Below, one piece after another: positions 1 to 11,614 of a DNA stretch of 64,000 bases (its first letter is position 1; every line of letters starts with the position of its first letter). The translations under genes and the position numbers were made by a program. Source of the DNA: an uncultured cyanobacterium (GTDB lineage Bacteria > Cyanobacteriota > Cyanobacteriia > Cyanobacteriales > CAWUOF01); contig CAVUSO010000001.1 in assembly GCA_963744145.1 (NCBI GenBank), forward strand, positions 5,024,001-5,088,000. The letters run 5' to 3'. The notes beneath the pieces were generated by a model, which saw nothing but the letters and a program-made list of their open reading frames with translations, was not told where the DNA came from and did not search any database.

Positions 1-22
1 GGTTCAAATCCTGTCATCCCGA
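1..22 (+). tRNA. 3' end of a tRNA (T-arm and acceptor stem), most like tRNA-Pro; truncated by the window edge
   Basis: GGTTCAAATCC T-loop motif followed by TGTCATCCCGA, matching the 3' end I recall for cyanobacterial tRNA-Pro; anticodon not in window, no encoded CCA. Confidence 0.75.
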
Positions 23-80
23 TCGTCTGTCAGTATTTGTTGAAATTTACTAGCAGTTTCCCAATACCATAAAATTGAAC

Positions 81-115
81 AAAAAAAACAGGACTGATAT
101 TTAGTCCTGCTTTTT
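81..115. terminator. Bidirectional rho-independent terminator between the tRNA and the RTX gene
   Basis: A-tract, hairpin CAGGACTGA-TAT-TTAGTCCTG (89-109), T-tract, between convergent genes. Confidence 0.75.
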
Positions 116-133
116 CATTATTTCAATCCAGTT

Positions 134-1735
134 TTAGAAGAATACAATGTCAGTAGCTGCAAGGCTTACTGAATTTGAGAACTGGGCAACTTTGATTTCA
201 TCACCAGCACTGCCGGTTACAGGATTAAAGTACAATCCTCCAGTTGTTGTATAAATTACTGATGCACTAGACGAACCAAATTGCGAAGTATTAGTACCGG
301 TGTAGGTTGCGAAGTTATTCACGTTAAGAACACCTGCACTCAATGATGGGACATTAGTTCCAGCACCAGAAGGCAACTTGAGATAAAGCTTGTCTGTTCC
401 ACTGATAAAGTCTGTGATTGTATCTACAGCACCATAACCAGAAGTACCAGTAGGAAAGACTCCCGAACTGCTAGCTGAACCAGCAACACCTGCGACAAAG
501 TTTTGTGTTCCTACAGTAAGGGGGATAAAGAAAAAGTCCGTACCACCACCACCAGTTAGGGTATCGCCACCAGTACCACCAGCATACAGCCAGTCATTGC
601 CAGCACCACCGTTGATCGAGTCACCGCCAGTACCGCCAAAGATGGTGTCATTACCAATACCACCTAATAAAGTGTTACCACTACCTGCCGCAGCAGCATT
701 GATCAGGTCGTCGCCATCACCACCATTGGCAGTAGTCTTCCCGGTTGAGTTTAAAACGAAGATTGTGTCGTTGCCAAGATCGCCACTGAAATAAGCAGCT
801 GAACCCCATAAATAGTCATCACCCTGACCACCGTATAGGGCGTTACCAACACCGAAACTAAATATGGTGTCATTACCCTGGTTACCATATAAAGTAGACA
901 CGCTGGAGCCAGCAACCCCAGCACCAGCAGTAGGGGTGGACACCAGGTAGTCATCGCCCAGGCCACCAGATAAGGTGGCTTTTGTGCCAGTAGCAATCAG
1001 GGTATCATTGCCTAAATCACCAGAGCCATAAGCAAAAGTACCATAGAGGTAGTCATTGCCTTGGCCACCATAGAGGGTATCGTTTGTACCACCAAACAGA
1101 GTGTCATTACCTGCGTTACCGTATAACCAGTCTTTACCATCACCCACTAGGTAGTCATCGCCCAGACCACCAAGTAGGGTATTAGTTGTTAAACTACCGG
1201 ATGTTCCACCCGCAGCTATGACGGTATCGTTACCCACATCACCAGAGGCATATACTAAACCAGCTGAAGCAGTGATCAGAATGTAGTCATCGCCTTGGCC
1301 ACCAAAAACTGTATCTGCCTTACCAGCAGCGGTTATGCTGTCATTACCTTGGTTACCATAAACCAGACTGGCACCACTGGTACTGCCAGTAACAATGGTG
1401 TCAGCGGCACCACTAACACCGCTATTTAGTGGGAACTGTGGAGAAGCATCACCATAAATAGTATCTGCACCTACTGTGCCATATATACTATCAGCATCAG
1501 CACCACCAACTAATAGCGCACCACCAACGGTGCTGATGAGTGTATCAGTACCTTGGTCACCGGAAAGTGTATCGTTTCGAGCGCGAGATATAAGGGTATC
1601 AGCACCCTGGTTACCATAAATTAAGCTACCACCAGCTAATGCTGATGAGAGTAGGTCATTACCACCTAAACCAAAAACAGTGTCAGAATTAACTAAACTG
1701 TAAGTATCGTCTTGTGGGCTAAGATATGTTGTCAT
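134..1735 (-). CDS. RTX/hemolysin-type calcium-binding repeat protein, probable type I-secreted surface protein
   Basis: Many GGxGxDxL-type nonapeptides (YGNQGNDTL, GGQGDDYL, SGDLGNDTL), Gly/Ser/Thr-rich, no N-terminal signal peptide, C-terminal DTITDF...TDIVFF typical of T1SS substrates. Confidence 0.9.
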   Translation of the reverse strand: MTTYLSPQDDTYSLVNSDTVFGLGGNDLLSSALAGGSLIYGNQGADTLISRARNDTLSGDQGTDTLISTVGGALLVGGADADSIYGTVGADTIYGDASPQFPLNSGVSGAADTIVTGSTSGASLVYGNQGNDSITAAGKADTVFGGQGDDYILITASAGLVYASGDVGNDTVIAAGGTSGSLTTNTLLGGLGDDYLVGDGKDWLYGNAGNDTLFGGTNDTLYGGQGNDYLYGTFAYGSGDLGNDTLIATGTKATLSGGLGDDYLVSTPTAGAGVAGSSVSTLYGNQGNDTIFSFGVGNALYGGQGDDYLWGSAAYFSGDLGNDTIFVLNSTGKTTANGGDGDDLINAAAAGSGNTLLGGIGNDTIFGGTGGDSINGGAGNDWLYAGGTGGDTLTGGGGTDFFFIPLTVGTQNFVAGVAGSASSSGVFPTGTSGYGAVDTITDFISGTDKLYLKLPSGAGTNVPSLSAGVLNVNNFATYTGTNTSQFGSSSASVIYTTTGGLYFNPVTGSAGDEIKVAQFSNSVSLAATDIVFF

Positions 1736-2387
1736 TTACGGGTCTTCTCCTCTTAGTTTGGTTGTCCTGTGATTTTTGCCATTTCCGTCACTACCTCACG
1801 CATTTGCCTTGGTTGAGCAATGGTTTTACTTTATTAACCCGCTGTCAGTCTAACTTACTTGGCAGTTTCCTGTCTAGATGACCATGAGAATGGTAAATCT
1901 TTTGATCTTAATTGACCATTTTATTTTGTCTTTCTCATGTCCTAAATATATATTATATGATTGACAAGTAGGCTTTTTTGTGTTGACAAAAAGGTTTGTG
2001 ATTTTCTAAGACGAGAGAGAAGTCTCAAAAGTTCCTAGAATTTATGGAAATTTCTCTGTGGTATTTATAAAACATACCAAGGCATTCAGATCAGTGATCA
2101 TCGCTAAACTACTTTTTTTCCTCCTGATTGGCCTTGCCAAGGTATTTACTTAAAGTCTAGCATAAGGTTATTATTTATGTTTGGTGATAAAAATCACAAT
2201 CGTGCTAAATAGAAGTATGGAAAATCTGCTTTTTAATCGTCATGTTCAAACAATAGGACATGATCGATCAAATAAATCTCTCTAAGGGCTGGTTTGGTCC
2301 GCATCCAATCAGCAGATCCTTATTAAATTGGAGCAAAGATGAGAGGAATTTTAATTTGGGAAAACTTGTCATAAAATTTTCTAAAGT

Positions 2388-3932
2388 ATGTTAACAAAAA
2401 ATACGGAAAAATATCTGGACTTTGAAACCTGTCAAAATGTAATTGGTCCTCTACGACATCAAGGACAGAAAATTGTTTTGTGTCATGGTGTATTCGATTT
2501 ACTTCATCCAGGGCATATATCCCATTTGCAGGAAGCTAAAGCAATGGGAGATGTGTTAGTTGTCTCAATTACTTCAGCACCTTATGTGAATCGAGGACCG
2601 GGAAGACCAGTTTTTTCCGATGATCTGCGACTTTATTCTTTAGCCTCTCTTGCTTGTGTAGACTATGTCTTACTGGCTCCTGTTGTTACTGCTTTAGAGG
2701 TAATTGACCGAGTCCAACCAGATTTTTACTGTAAGGGACATGAATATGCGGATTTTAGCAAGGATGTCACTAAAAATATTGACCGCGAAGCTGAACGGGT
2801 CAGAGCTTATGGTGGAGATGTCCGCTATGCTGGAGAAATTGTCTTTAGTTCAACCAGATTAATTAATAATTATTTGGATGTTCTCCCACCTCAAATCAAA
2901 AATTATGCTAGTGGGTTCATTCAGCAATATCCCTTTGAGCAAGTACGGGATGGGATCGAAGCCATGCAAAAATTAAAGGTTTTAGTGTTGGGTGATGTGA
3001 TTATTGATGAATTTATTCATTGTACTGTACAGGGATTAACTTCAAAAGGTAGAGTGATTTCCAGCAGGTTTTTGAAAAAAGAACAGCATCTTGGTGGATC
3101 TCTGGCGATCGCCCGTCATCTTGCTAGTTTTGTCGATTCGGTTACAATTGCTGGTGTGGTGGGCAATGAACCCACTATCCATAGTTTAATTTTAAATAAC
3201 ATTAACGGTGGCATCAAGCTGGATTTACAATATGAACAAGACTATCCAACTATAATTAAACGTCGTTATATTGAGCGACAAGGTATAAGAGAAAATTATA
3301 CTAAACTGTTTTCGATTAACTATCTGCAAGAAGAAGGACCATCACCAAGCCAACGAGAAAAGTTACTTACTCGTTTAGAAAAAACCATTAAGGATTACGA
3401 CTTATTGATTTTAGCAGATTATGGACATGGATTAATTGATCAGCAAATGATGAATCTAGTCCAAACCCAAGCCCAATTTCTAGCCCTGAATTGTCAAACC
3501 AACAGTGCTAATCATGGCTATAATTTAATTACTAAATACAAAAAAGCTGATTCATTTTGCTTAGATGAACAAGAGATGCGATTAGCGTTTTCTAGTCGTT
3601 ATGGTGATCATGCCCATTTATTAAAACGTTTATACCAACATTTAGGAGCACAGCAAGGTTGGTTAACTTTGGGTTCTGCTGGGTCTTTGGGAATTAATAG
3701 TGCAGGAGAAGAGTTAACTCCAGCATTGACCCTAGATGTAAAAGATACCATTGGTGCTGGAGATGCTTTTTTTGCTTTAGCCAGTTTGAGTGCTAAGTTA
3801 GAATTACCATTACCTATTGGTTCCTTGTTGGGGAATTTAGCAGGTGCGATCGCAGCTAATGTCCTCGGTAATGCTCAACCGGTCGAAAAAGCAAAATTAT
3901 TAAAATTTGCGACTACGGTTCTAAAATTTTAG
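2388..3932 (+). CDS. Bifunctional cytidylyltransferase-like + PfkB sugar kinase (HldE/RfaE-like, transferase domain first)
   Basis: N-terminal HGVFDLLHPGH motif; C-terminal PfkB signature DTIGAGD. Confidence 0.85.
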   Translation: MLTKNTEKYLDFETCQNVIGPLRHQGQKIVLCHGVFDLLHPGHISHLQEAKAMGDVLVVSITSAPYVNRGPGRPVFSDDLRLYSLASLACVDYVLLAPVVTALEVIDRVQPDFYCKGHEYADFSKDVTKNIDREAERVRAYGGDVRYAGEIVFSSTRLINNYLDVLPPQIKNYASGFIQQYPFEQVRDGIEAMQKLKVLVLGDVIIDEFIHCTVQGLTSKGRVISSRFLKKEQHLGGSLAIARHLASFVDSVTIAGVVGNEPTIHSLILNNINGGIKLDLQYEQDYPTIIKRRYIERQGIRENYTKLFSINYLQEEGPSPSQREKLLTRLEKTIKDYDLLILADYGHGLIDQQMMNLVQTQAQFLALNCQTNSANHGYNLITKYKKADSFCLDEQEMRLAFSSRYGDHAHLLKRLYQHLGAQQGWLTLGSAGSLGINSAGEELTPALTLDVKDTIGAGDAFFALASLSAKLELPLPIGSLLGNLAGAIAANVLGNAQPVEKAKLLKFATTVLKF

Positions 3933-3945
3933 ATGAGGAGCAAAT

Positions 3946-4641
3946 ATGCAAAGAGAACGGGCGATCGCAATTCTAGAGCAACATCAAGCAGAAATTCAAT
4001 CTTTGGGAGTCAAATCTTTAGCTTTATTTGGTTCGGTGGCACGGGATCAAGCTGAACCTGATAGTGATGTGGATTTATTAGTAGAATTTGATGAAAATCA
4101 ATGTCCTAAAGGATTTGCTTTTTTTGAAATCGAAGACTATTTCGTCAATTTACTAGGTAGGTCTGTTGATTTAGTTGAACCACATTTAATCAAACTCCGT
4201 TTGCAAAAAAGAATCCTCAACAAATCTGTTCCCATCTTCCCCATTGTTAATGGTAAAACTAGGACTTATCCGCTCCCTATCTACGGTATGACAGCAAAAG
4301 ATTGGAAAATCTATATAGATGATATTCTAGATGCTATGAGTAAAATTCAGCGTTATACCCAAGGAATATCTTTTGAGGATTTTGAGGCAAATGAAGAAAA
4401 AGTTGACGCGGTAATTCGTAATATTAGTATTATTGGTGAAGCGGCTAGTAAAATGTTACAGGAAGCCAAGGAAGTTGCTCAAAAATATCCCCAAGTACCT
4501 TGGGAAGGAATGAGAAATATCTGGAACCGGACTATCCATGATTACCGAAATATATCCCTAGCAAAAATCTGGATAGCTGTTCAGGATATTCCTCATCAGC
4601 ACCAACTATTAAATCAACTTTTGGAACTAGAAGGAGAATAA
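3946..4641 (+). CDS. Fused minimal nucleotidyltransferase (MNT) + HEPN/DUF86 protein
   Basis: GS-x10-DVD motif in the N-half; DUF86-like C-half (DAVIRNISIIGEAA, PQVPW, NRTIHDY) in one reading frame. Confidence 0.85.
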   Translation: MQRERAIAILEQHQAEIQSLGVKSLALFGSVARDQAEPDSDVDLLVEFDENQCPKGFAFFEIEDYFVNLLGRSVDLVEPHLIKLRLQKRILNKSVPIFPIVNGKTRTYPLPIYGMTAKDWKIYIDDILDAMSKIQRYTQGISFEDFEANEEKVDAVIRNISIIGEAASKMLQEAKEVAQKYPQVPWEGMRNIWNRTIHDYRNISLAKIWIAVQDIPHQHQLLNQLLELEGE

Positions 4642-4647
4642 AAACCA

Positions 4648-5799
4648 ATGAGTAACATTCAAGAAGTTCTGGTAACAGGTGGAGCAGGTTATGTTGGTGC
4701 GGTCTTAGTACCTAAATTATTACAAGCAGGATATCGGGTAAAGGTCATCGATCTATATATATATGGAGAAGATGTTCTAAAATCCGTTAAAAATCATCCT
4801 CATCTAGAGGAGATTAAAGGAGATATTCGCGATCGCTCCTTATTAGAAAAAATCCTACCTGGATGTGATGCTGTCATTCATTTAGCTTGTATTTCTAACG
4901 ATCCTAGTTTTGAATTAAACCCAGAATTGGGTAAATCAATTAACTACGATGCTTTTATAGATTTAGTCGATGTGGCGAAAAATAGTGGAGTCAAACGGTT
5001 TATTTATGCTTCATCTTCAAGTGTTTATGGAATCAAAGAAACGGAAAATGTGACCGAAGAATTAGCACTACAACCTTTAACTGACTATTCCAAATATAAA
5101 GCATTATGTGAAGAAGTGCTATTATCTAAACGGGAAAAAGGATTTGTCACATTAATCTTACGTCCAGCAACAGTATGTGGTTATTCTCCAAGATTGCGTT
5201 TAGATTTAACCGTCAATATTCTTACTAATCATGCTGTTAATAATGGGAAAATAACTGTTTTTGGTGGTCAGCAAAAACGTCCAAATATTCATATTCAGGA
5301 TATGACTGATCTTTACATCAAATCTCTTCAGTGGCAAGATCAAGAGATTGATGGAAAAATTTTTAATGCGGGTTATGAAAATCATCAGGTATTAGAAATT
5401 GCTGAGATTATTCGTAAATCCGTGGGAGAACAGGTAGAAATTATTACTACTCCCACCGATGACCATCGTTCTTATCATATTTCCTCTGAGAAAATTAAGC
5501 AAGAACTAGGATTTATTCCCCAACATACGATCGAAGAAGCAGTCCAAGATTTAGTCACAGCATTCCAAGCTAATCAAATTCCCAATCCGATGACTGATAT
5601 TCCCCCGACAGATGATCACCGTTCTTACCATATCTCTTCTGAAAAAATTAAGCAGGAATTAGGATTTGTACCTCAACATACTATAGAGGAAGCAGTGCAA
5701 GATTTAGTAAAAGCATTTAAAAATGATCAAATTCCCAATGCCATGACTGATATTCGCTACTATAATATCAAAATGATGCAGGCGCTAAAACTCAAGTGA
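4648..5799 (+). CDS. NAD-dependent epimerase/dehydratase (extended SDR) with duplicated C-terminal segment
   Basis: VTGGAGYVG, YASSSSVYG, YSKYK motifs; 51-aa internal repeat. Confidence 0.9.
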   Translation: MSNIQEVLVTGGAGYVGAVLVPKLLQAGYRVKVIDLYIYGEDVLKSVKNHPHLEEIKGDIRDRSLLEKILPGCDAVIHLACISNDPSFELNPELGKSINYDAFIDLVDVAKNSGVKRFIYASSSSVYGIKETENVTEELALQPLTDYSKYKALCEEVLLSKREKGFVTLILRPATVCGYSPRLRLDLTVNILTNHAVNNGKITVFGGQQKRPNIHIQDMTDLYIKSLQWQDQEIDGKIFNAGYENHQVLEIAEIIRKSVGEQVEIITTPTDDHRSYHISSEKIKQELGFIPQHTIEEAVQDLVTAFQANQIPNPMTDIPPTDDHRSYHISSEKIKQELGFVPQHTIEEAVQDLVKAFKNDQIPNAMTDIRYYNIKMMQALKLK

Positions 5800-6433
5800 T
5801 TGACAATATAAATTGTACGATTGGGATTGATTTTGATAATACCATTGTCACCTATGATGACCTCATGTACTCTTTAGCAATGGAAATGGGTTTAATTAAT
5901 CCAGCAGTAAGGAAAAGTAAAAAACTAATTCGGGATAACATTCGTGAGTTACCTGATGGAGAAATAGAATGGCAAAAATTACAAGGTTTGGTCTATGGTC
6001 CAAAATGGGAGAAGCCAAATTAATCGAAGGAGTACAGGAGTTTTTTAGCTGTTGTCAATCAAGAAGAATTAAGACATATATTGTCAGTCATAAAACCGAG
6101 TATGCTAATTACGATCCCACTAAAACTAATTTGCGATCGGCTGCTCTCAATTGGATGCAAAATCAAAACTTTTTTGATAAAAACACCTTAAATCTATCCA
6201 TAGATCAGGTTTATTTTGAATCGACTAGAGCAGAAAAAATTCAACGTATAGCTAGTTTAGGATGTACCCATTTTATTGACGATTTAGAAGAGACATTTTT
6301 AGAAAAGTCTTTTCCTAATCACATCCAAAAAATTCTCTATGCTCCGCATCAAGAACATTCTCAGTTATCAGGAGTAAAAATTACTAGCAGTTGGAAAGAG
6401 ATCAATGAATATTTATTCAACATCAGAAACTGA
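5796..6433 (+). CDS. HAD-superfamily hydrolase, split by a frameshift near 6010
   Basis: IGIDFDNT motif I in the first ORF, FIDD motif IV in the second overlapping ORF. Confidence 0.7.
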
Positions 6434-7472
6434 ACAAGAATTTTCCCAACTTCAAACAGTTACATCTCGATTATTGGAACGACAAGTAACTAATATTACT
6501 AGAATTGCTGGAGGGAAAAATAGTAGAGTTTATCGGCTCAATTGCGGTCAATCTGAACAATATGCAGCTAAGGTTTATTTTCGACATAATTCAGATCAAA
6601 GAAATCGGTTAGCAAATGAATTTGCTAGTCTCCAGTTTCTCTGGAACAATCAGATCAGGAACATTCCCCAACCTGTAGCAGCAGATCAAGTTTATGGATG
6701 TGGTATTTATGAATATATAGAAGGACAAAGAATTAGATCATCAGAAATAACTAATACCGAAATTGATACAGCAGTCAGATTTTTAATTAAGTTGGAAAGC
6801 TTGAAATATCACCAAGGTAGTGGACATTACCAGTAGCATCGGAGGCTTTTTTTTCAGTTAAAGGAATTTTAGAAAATATTGAAAGTCGTTTAGGACGATT
6901 ACAAGCAATTAAGATCCAAAATATCCAATATATTGCCTTGACAGAATTTATCAATCGGGAATTAATCCCAGCATTGAATAATCTAAAAATTTGGTGTCAT
7001 GATCGACTAAATAAATGGCAAATTTCCCCCAAATAACGAAATAGATATAGAACAAAGAACACTAAGTCCTTCCGATTTTGGTTTTCACAATGCTTTAAGG
7101 CGAAATAATGGTGAAATAGTTTTTGTAGATTTTGAATATTTTCGTTCGGACGATCCAGCTAAAACTATATCTGATTTCTTGCTCCATCCAGCAATGGAGT
7201 TAAAAGAGAATTTTAAAAAGCAATTTGTCGCTCAGATGCTAGGAGGATTGTCGGGTCATGGTAATCTAGCGAGACGATGGGAGATATTTTATCCCCTCTT
7301 TGGGATAAAGTGGTGTTTGATTCTTTTGAACGAGTTTGTTCCTCAAGACTTGCTCAGACGAGATTTTGCGATCGCGAGTGACCTTGACCGGAGTAAACTC
7401 CATAAGGAACAGTTACCCAAAGCCAAACAAATGTTCAATGAAATTTTGAGAGAATATGAACACTGCCCCTAA
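6405..7472 (+). CDS. Aminoglycoside phosphotransferase/choline kinase-like protein, frameshifted
   Basis: GGKNSRVY loop, then LSPSDFGFHN and FVDFEY motifs read in alternative frames at ~7060-7140. Confidence 0.7.
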
Positions 7473-8312
7473 GTAGCTGAAGCCCTGACAAATAATCAAT
7501 CTAGCCTAGATAGCCGATCGCGAGAACTCCGAAAATAAATTGAAAATGCTAGCGACCAGTGGTAGAGGTCATTTAGGTTCAGCTTTTTCCCTGGTAGAAA
7601 TATTAAGGGTATTATACGATGAGGTCTTGCGTTATGACCCACAAAATCCTCAAGCTCCAGCACGCGATCGCTGTATTTTGTCTAAAGGTCATGGTTGTTT
7701 AGCTTTATATCCGATCCTGGCTGAAAAAGGTTTTTTCCCCGAATCAGAATTATGGAAATTCTGTCGAACAAACTAAAGATCTCGGTGGGCATCCAGAATA
7801 TGGTAAAGTACCAGGAATAGAAGCTTCAACCGGAAGTTTAGGACATGGTTTATCCGATCGGGATCGGCTTTGCAATTAATGCTCGGTATGAAAAAGCTGA
7901 TTACCACACTTTTGTAATTCTTGGTGATGGTGAATCTAATGAAGGTTCAATCTGGGAAGCTGCGATGTGTGCGGGTAAACACAAATTGAGTAATTTAACG
8001 GTATTGATAGATTATAACAAACATCAGTCCTACGGTAGTACCTACGAAGTTCAAGATTTAGAACCTCTAGCAGATAAGTGAGAAGGCATTTGGTTTTGCC
8101 GCAACAGAGGTCGGAATGGTCATAATCTAGAAGAATTGCGATCAGTTTTAAAAAATTTACCTCTGGAAGCAAATAAACCAACAGCAATAGTTTGCCATAC
8201 CATCAAGGGTAAAGGCGTTAAGTTCACCGAAAATAATTTGAAATGGCATCACAAAAGTAGAGTCTCAGATGAAGAATATCGTTCACTGCTAGCAGCACTG
8301 GAGGTAAACTAA
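7456..8312 (+). CDS. Transketolase N-terminal (TPP-binding) subunit, interrupted by frameshifts/stops
   Basis: GHLGSAFS, RDRCILSKGHG, GDGESNEGSIWEA motifs across fragments; start approximate. Confidence 0.8.
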
Positions 8313-9248
8313 TGCGCCAAGAATGTCTGAGAATGTTAGTTTGCCCAATTAGCCAAGCAAGATCCTCGGATTTTCTTTATCGGGTCAGATTTAGGGTTTG
8401 GTACTTTAACACAATTTAAAGAAGAAATACCAGACCGATTTTTGATGGAAGGTGTTAACGAAGCTAATATTATCGGGATGGCAGCAGGATTAGCTTTAGC
8501 AGGGAAAATAGTTTATGTAAATACTATTGCTACTTTTCTAAGCCGTCGGTGTTTTGAGCAAATTGTCTTAGATTTATGTTTGCATGACGTTAAAGTGCGT
8601 TTGATTAGAAATGGCGGTGGTGTGGTTTATGCTCCCTTCGGACCAAACCATCTCGCAGTGGAAGATATCGCAATTCTGCGACCCCTACCGAATATGCGCC
8701 CATAGTAGTCCCCTGTGATGCCGATGAAATGATTCGGTTGATGAATCAGAGTGTAGATTGGCCCATCCTATTTATATCCGTGTGGCTAAAGGTGATCCAG
8801 GCGATCGTTAGTAAAGAAGAGCATGGCTTTAAGATTGGTAAAGCGATTTTACTGCGAGAACCAGGTACAGGTTTATTTGTGACCACCGGTGTAATGACCC
8901 AGTTAGCTCTCCAAGCTGCTGAACAGATGGAAGAAGCAGGGATTTCCTGTGGAGTCTTTCACATCCATACCGTTAAACCCCTTGATCAGGAAGCTCTTAG
9001 TCATTGGTTACCTAGAGTTCAAGGTGTGGTGACAGTAGAAGAGCATACCCGCATTGGTGGATTAGGTAGTGCAGTGCTGGAATTTTGTAGTGATGAAATG
9101 CCAGAACAAACGGTTAAAATACATCGGATCGGTATTCCCGATCGCTTTGCTGATCAGTATGGTAGCCAAAACTCACTCCTGGCTCATTGGGGGGTAAACG
9201 GTTGACTCTCTCTGTACTGCTATGTGTCAAAAACTTCACAATTCTTGA
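8312..9248 (+). CDS. Transketolase C-terminal (pyrimidine-binding + C-term) subunit, frameshifted
   Basis: EANIIGMAAGLA, GPNHLAVED, VTVEEH-GGLGS motifs across fragments. Confidence 0.8.
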
Positions 9249-9250
9249 TC

Positions 9251-10039
9251 ATGTTCTTGACAGAATCAGAACAACAAATTTCCAGAATATCAGCAACAGG
9301 GATATATTATTCGTCCTGTAGCAGATTTAGAGGCTCTTACTTCAATCAAGAGCAATTTGTTCAGTTGATTCAAAGTGCTTTGGGAACTTCTGTTACTGAT
9401 GATCCAGAAGTGCTGTTGAATCGGATTCACGACCAGGTAGCGATCGCCGAACTCAATTCCTTCCGTTTAAAAATTATTCGGGGAATTAATGCAATTGGGA
9501 ACTTCCGAGCGATGTATTTCCGATTGGCTAGATCCTATCTGGAAACCCTAGTGGGTAACGAATTAGCCATGCAATTGCGGGTGAATCTAAGTATTCAGCT
9601 TCCTGGGGATGATAGTTCCCTACTACCAATTCATGCAGATACTTGGTCTGGAGATTCCCCTTTTCAGGTAGTGGTTTGGGTGCCGTTGGTGGACTGCTAT
9701 GGGACAAAAGCCATGTATTTGCTTCCTCCTGAACCAACAGCAAGATTAACCCAAGAATTTAAGCAACAAGCGGGTTCGAGCAGTGAGGAACTTTATCAGG
9801 CGATCGCCCATGAAGTGCAATGGCTGAAGGTAAACTATGGTGAAGTATTGATTTTCAATCAAGGATTACCCCACGGTAATCGCGTTAATACTGAATCGGA
9901 AACCCGTTGGTCGATGAATTGTCGCTTTAAAGGACTATTTACTCCATATTGTGACAAAAAAATTCGGGAATTTTTTGAACCGATTACCTTACGAGCAGTT
10001 TCTCAAGTGGGGATGGCTTATAACTTACCGAAAACCTGA
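9251..10039 (+). CDS. Sporadic carbohydrate cluster 2OG-Fe(II) oxygenase (TIGR04324-like)
   Basis: HADTW (HxD), PHGN and RWSMNCRFK motifs; adjacent to the LIC12192-like gene. Confidence 0.75.
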   Translation: MFLTESEQQISRISATGIYYSSCSRFRGSYFNQEQFVQLIQSALGTSVTDDPEVLLNRIHDQVAIAELNSFRLKIIRGINAIGNFRAMYFRLARSYLETLVGNELAMQLRVNLSIQLPGDDSSLLPIHADTWSGDSPFQVVVWVPLVDCYGTKAMYLLPPEPTARLTQEFKQQAGSSSEELYQAIAHEVQWLKVNYGEVLIFNQGLPHGNRVNTESETRWSMNCRFKGLFTPYCDKKIREFFEPITLRAVSQVGMAYNLPKT

Positions 10040-10437
10040 TGAAAAAAGTGCGTGGTTATATTTTTAGTCGCCCTTTCATGGGTGAGCGTGTACCTCAACA
10101 TATTCAGAATTTGGTGATTCGGGATTATTGCGATCGCCATCACCTGCATTATTTACTTAGTGCGACTGAATACGCAATGGTGGGATGTCATCTAATGCTT
10201 AAGCAAGTTCTGAATGAATTAGTTGATTTAGATGGTGTAGTTGCCTATAGTTTATTTCAATTGCCCGAAGATAGCAATCAACGTCAAAAAATTTATGATA
10301 AACTTATCCAGCTAAATAAGACTTTTTACTTTGCTGTAGAAGGATTAAAGATGGGAAATCAGGAAGAGTGCGATCGGACTGAGACCCTCTGGCGAGTACG
10401 GCAAACTCTGCCGTTTTGCTATCAGTGTTCTCCCTAA
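10039..10437 (+). CDS. Sporadic carbohydrate cluster protein, LIC12192 family (TIGR04323-like)
   Basis: N-terminus RGYIFSRPFMGERVPQHIQNLVIRDYC and LSATEY recognised; canonical pairing with the oxygenase. Confidence 0.75.
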   Translation: MKKVRGYIFSRPFMGERVPQHIQNLVIRDYCDRHHLHYLLSATEYAMVGCHLMLKQVLNELVDLDGVVAYSLFQLPEDSNQRQKIYDKLIQLNKTFYFAVEGLKMGNQEECDRTETLWRVRQTLPFCYQCSP

Positions 10438-10536
10438 AGCATCTCTTTGGACATTCAATCGTGATCAGAATCGGGCGGAACTTACCCAGGGCGATCGCGC
10501 ATCAAGTACAATAGCTGAAGGTCACAGTTGCTAATT

Positions 10537-11599
10537 ATGGCTACTAATTACAGCCCCCTCAAATTTCTGCAATTTCATCAACACCTACAAGCAATTAAAG
10601 ATGGGCGTGTGCTTGCCCCAGTGCATATTCGGGTAAAACCCACGAACCGATGCAACCATAAATGCTGGTTCTGTGCCTATCGTAACGATGATGTAGCTCT
10701 CGGAGGTGAAATGCGAGAGCAAGACAGTATCCCAGTCGCAAAAATGTTGGCTCTTGCCCATGAATTTGTGGAAATGGGGGTCAAAGTGTAACTTTTTCTG
10801 GAGGAGGTGAACCGTTACTCTATAAATCTCTACCAGAGGTAATTGAAATTCTAGCAGCAGGTGGTATTCGGATTGCAGCTCTAAGCAATGGTGCAAACCT
10901 AAAAGGTCGCATGGCTGATGCTTTTGCCCAGCATGGCACATGGATTCGCATTTCTCTAGATGCTTGGGATGATGATAGCTATATTAAAAGTCGGGGGGCG
11001 CAACCCCAGAGTTTTCTCGTCTGCTCAACAATATTAAAGCTTTTACCGATCGGGATACCCAGTGTGTACTCGGAGTGAGTTTTATTGTTACCTATGAGAA
11101 CCATCAACATATTGCAGAAGTCTGTACTTTACTAAAAGATTGTGGTGTCAACCATATTAAGCTGTCAGGGGCAGTGGTGAGCAATGATGTGATAGGGAAT
11201 AATAATTATCACCAATCTATTAAGGAGGAAGTTGCTCATCAAATAGCTTTAGCCCACCCGTTGATTGATGAAAATTTTACCCTGGTTAATCACTATCACG
11301 ATTTAGAGGAGCGTTTTGAGAAGCATTATCATAGTTGTCCATTCCTACAGTTTTTAACCGTGATTGGTGCTGATTAAAATGTCTATACCTGTCAGGATAA
11401 AGCCTATACAGAATCAGGTCGGATGGGATCGATTGCAGATAGAAGTTTCCAGGACTTTTGGTTTTCCCAAGAGAATCAGCGTTTCTTGAATACTTTTAAT
11501 CCTGCCCTTCAGTGTCATCATCATTGTGTTAGCCATGCTAAAAATTTGGCTATTCATGAATATCTATCACTGGATCAGGAGCATAGCTATTTTGTTTAA
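10537..11599 (+). CDS. Radical SAM/SPASM-twitch enzyme, frameshifted
   Basis: CNHKCWFC CxxxCxxC motif, SGGGEP in next frame, C-terminal CPF...VYTCQDK...CHHHC. Confidence 0.8.
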
Positions 11600-11614
11600 T
11601 CATTATCAAAAATC

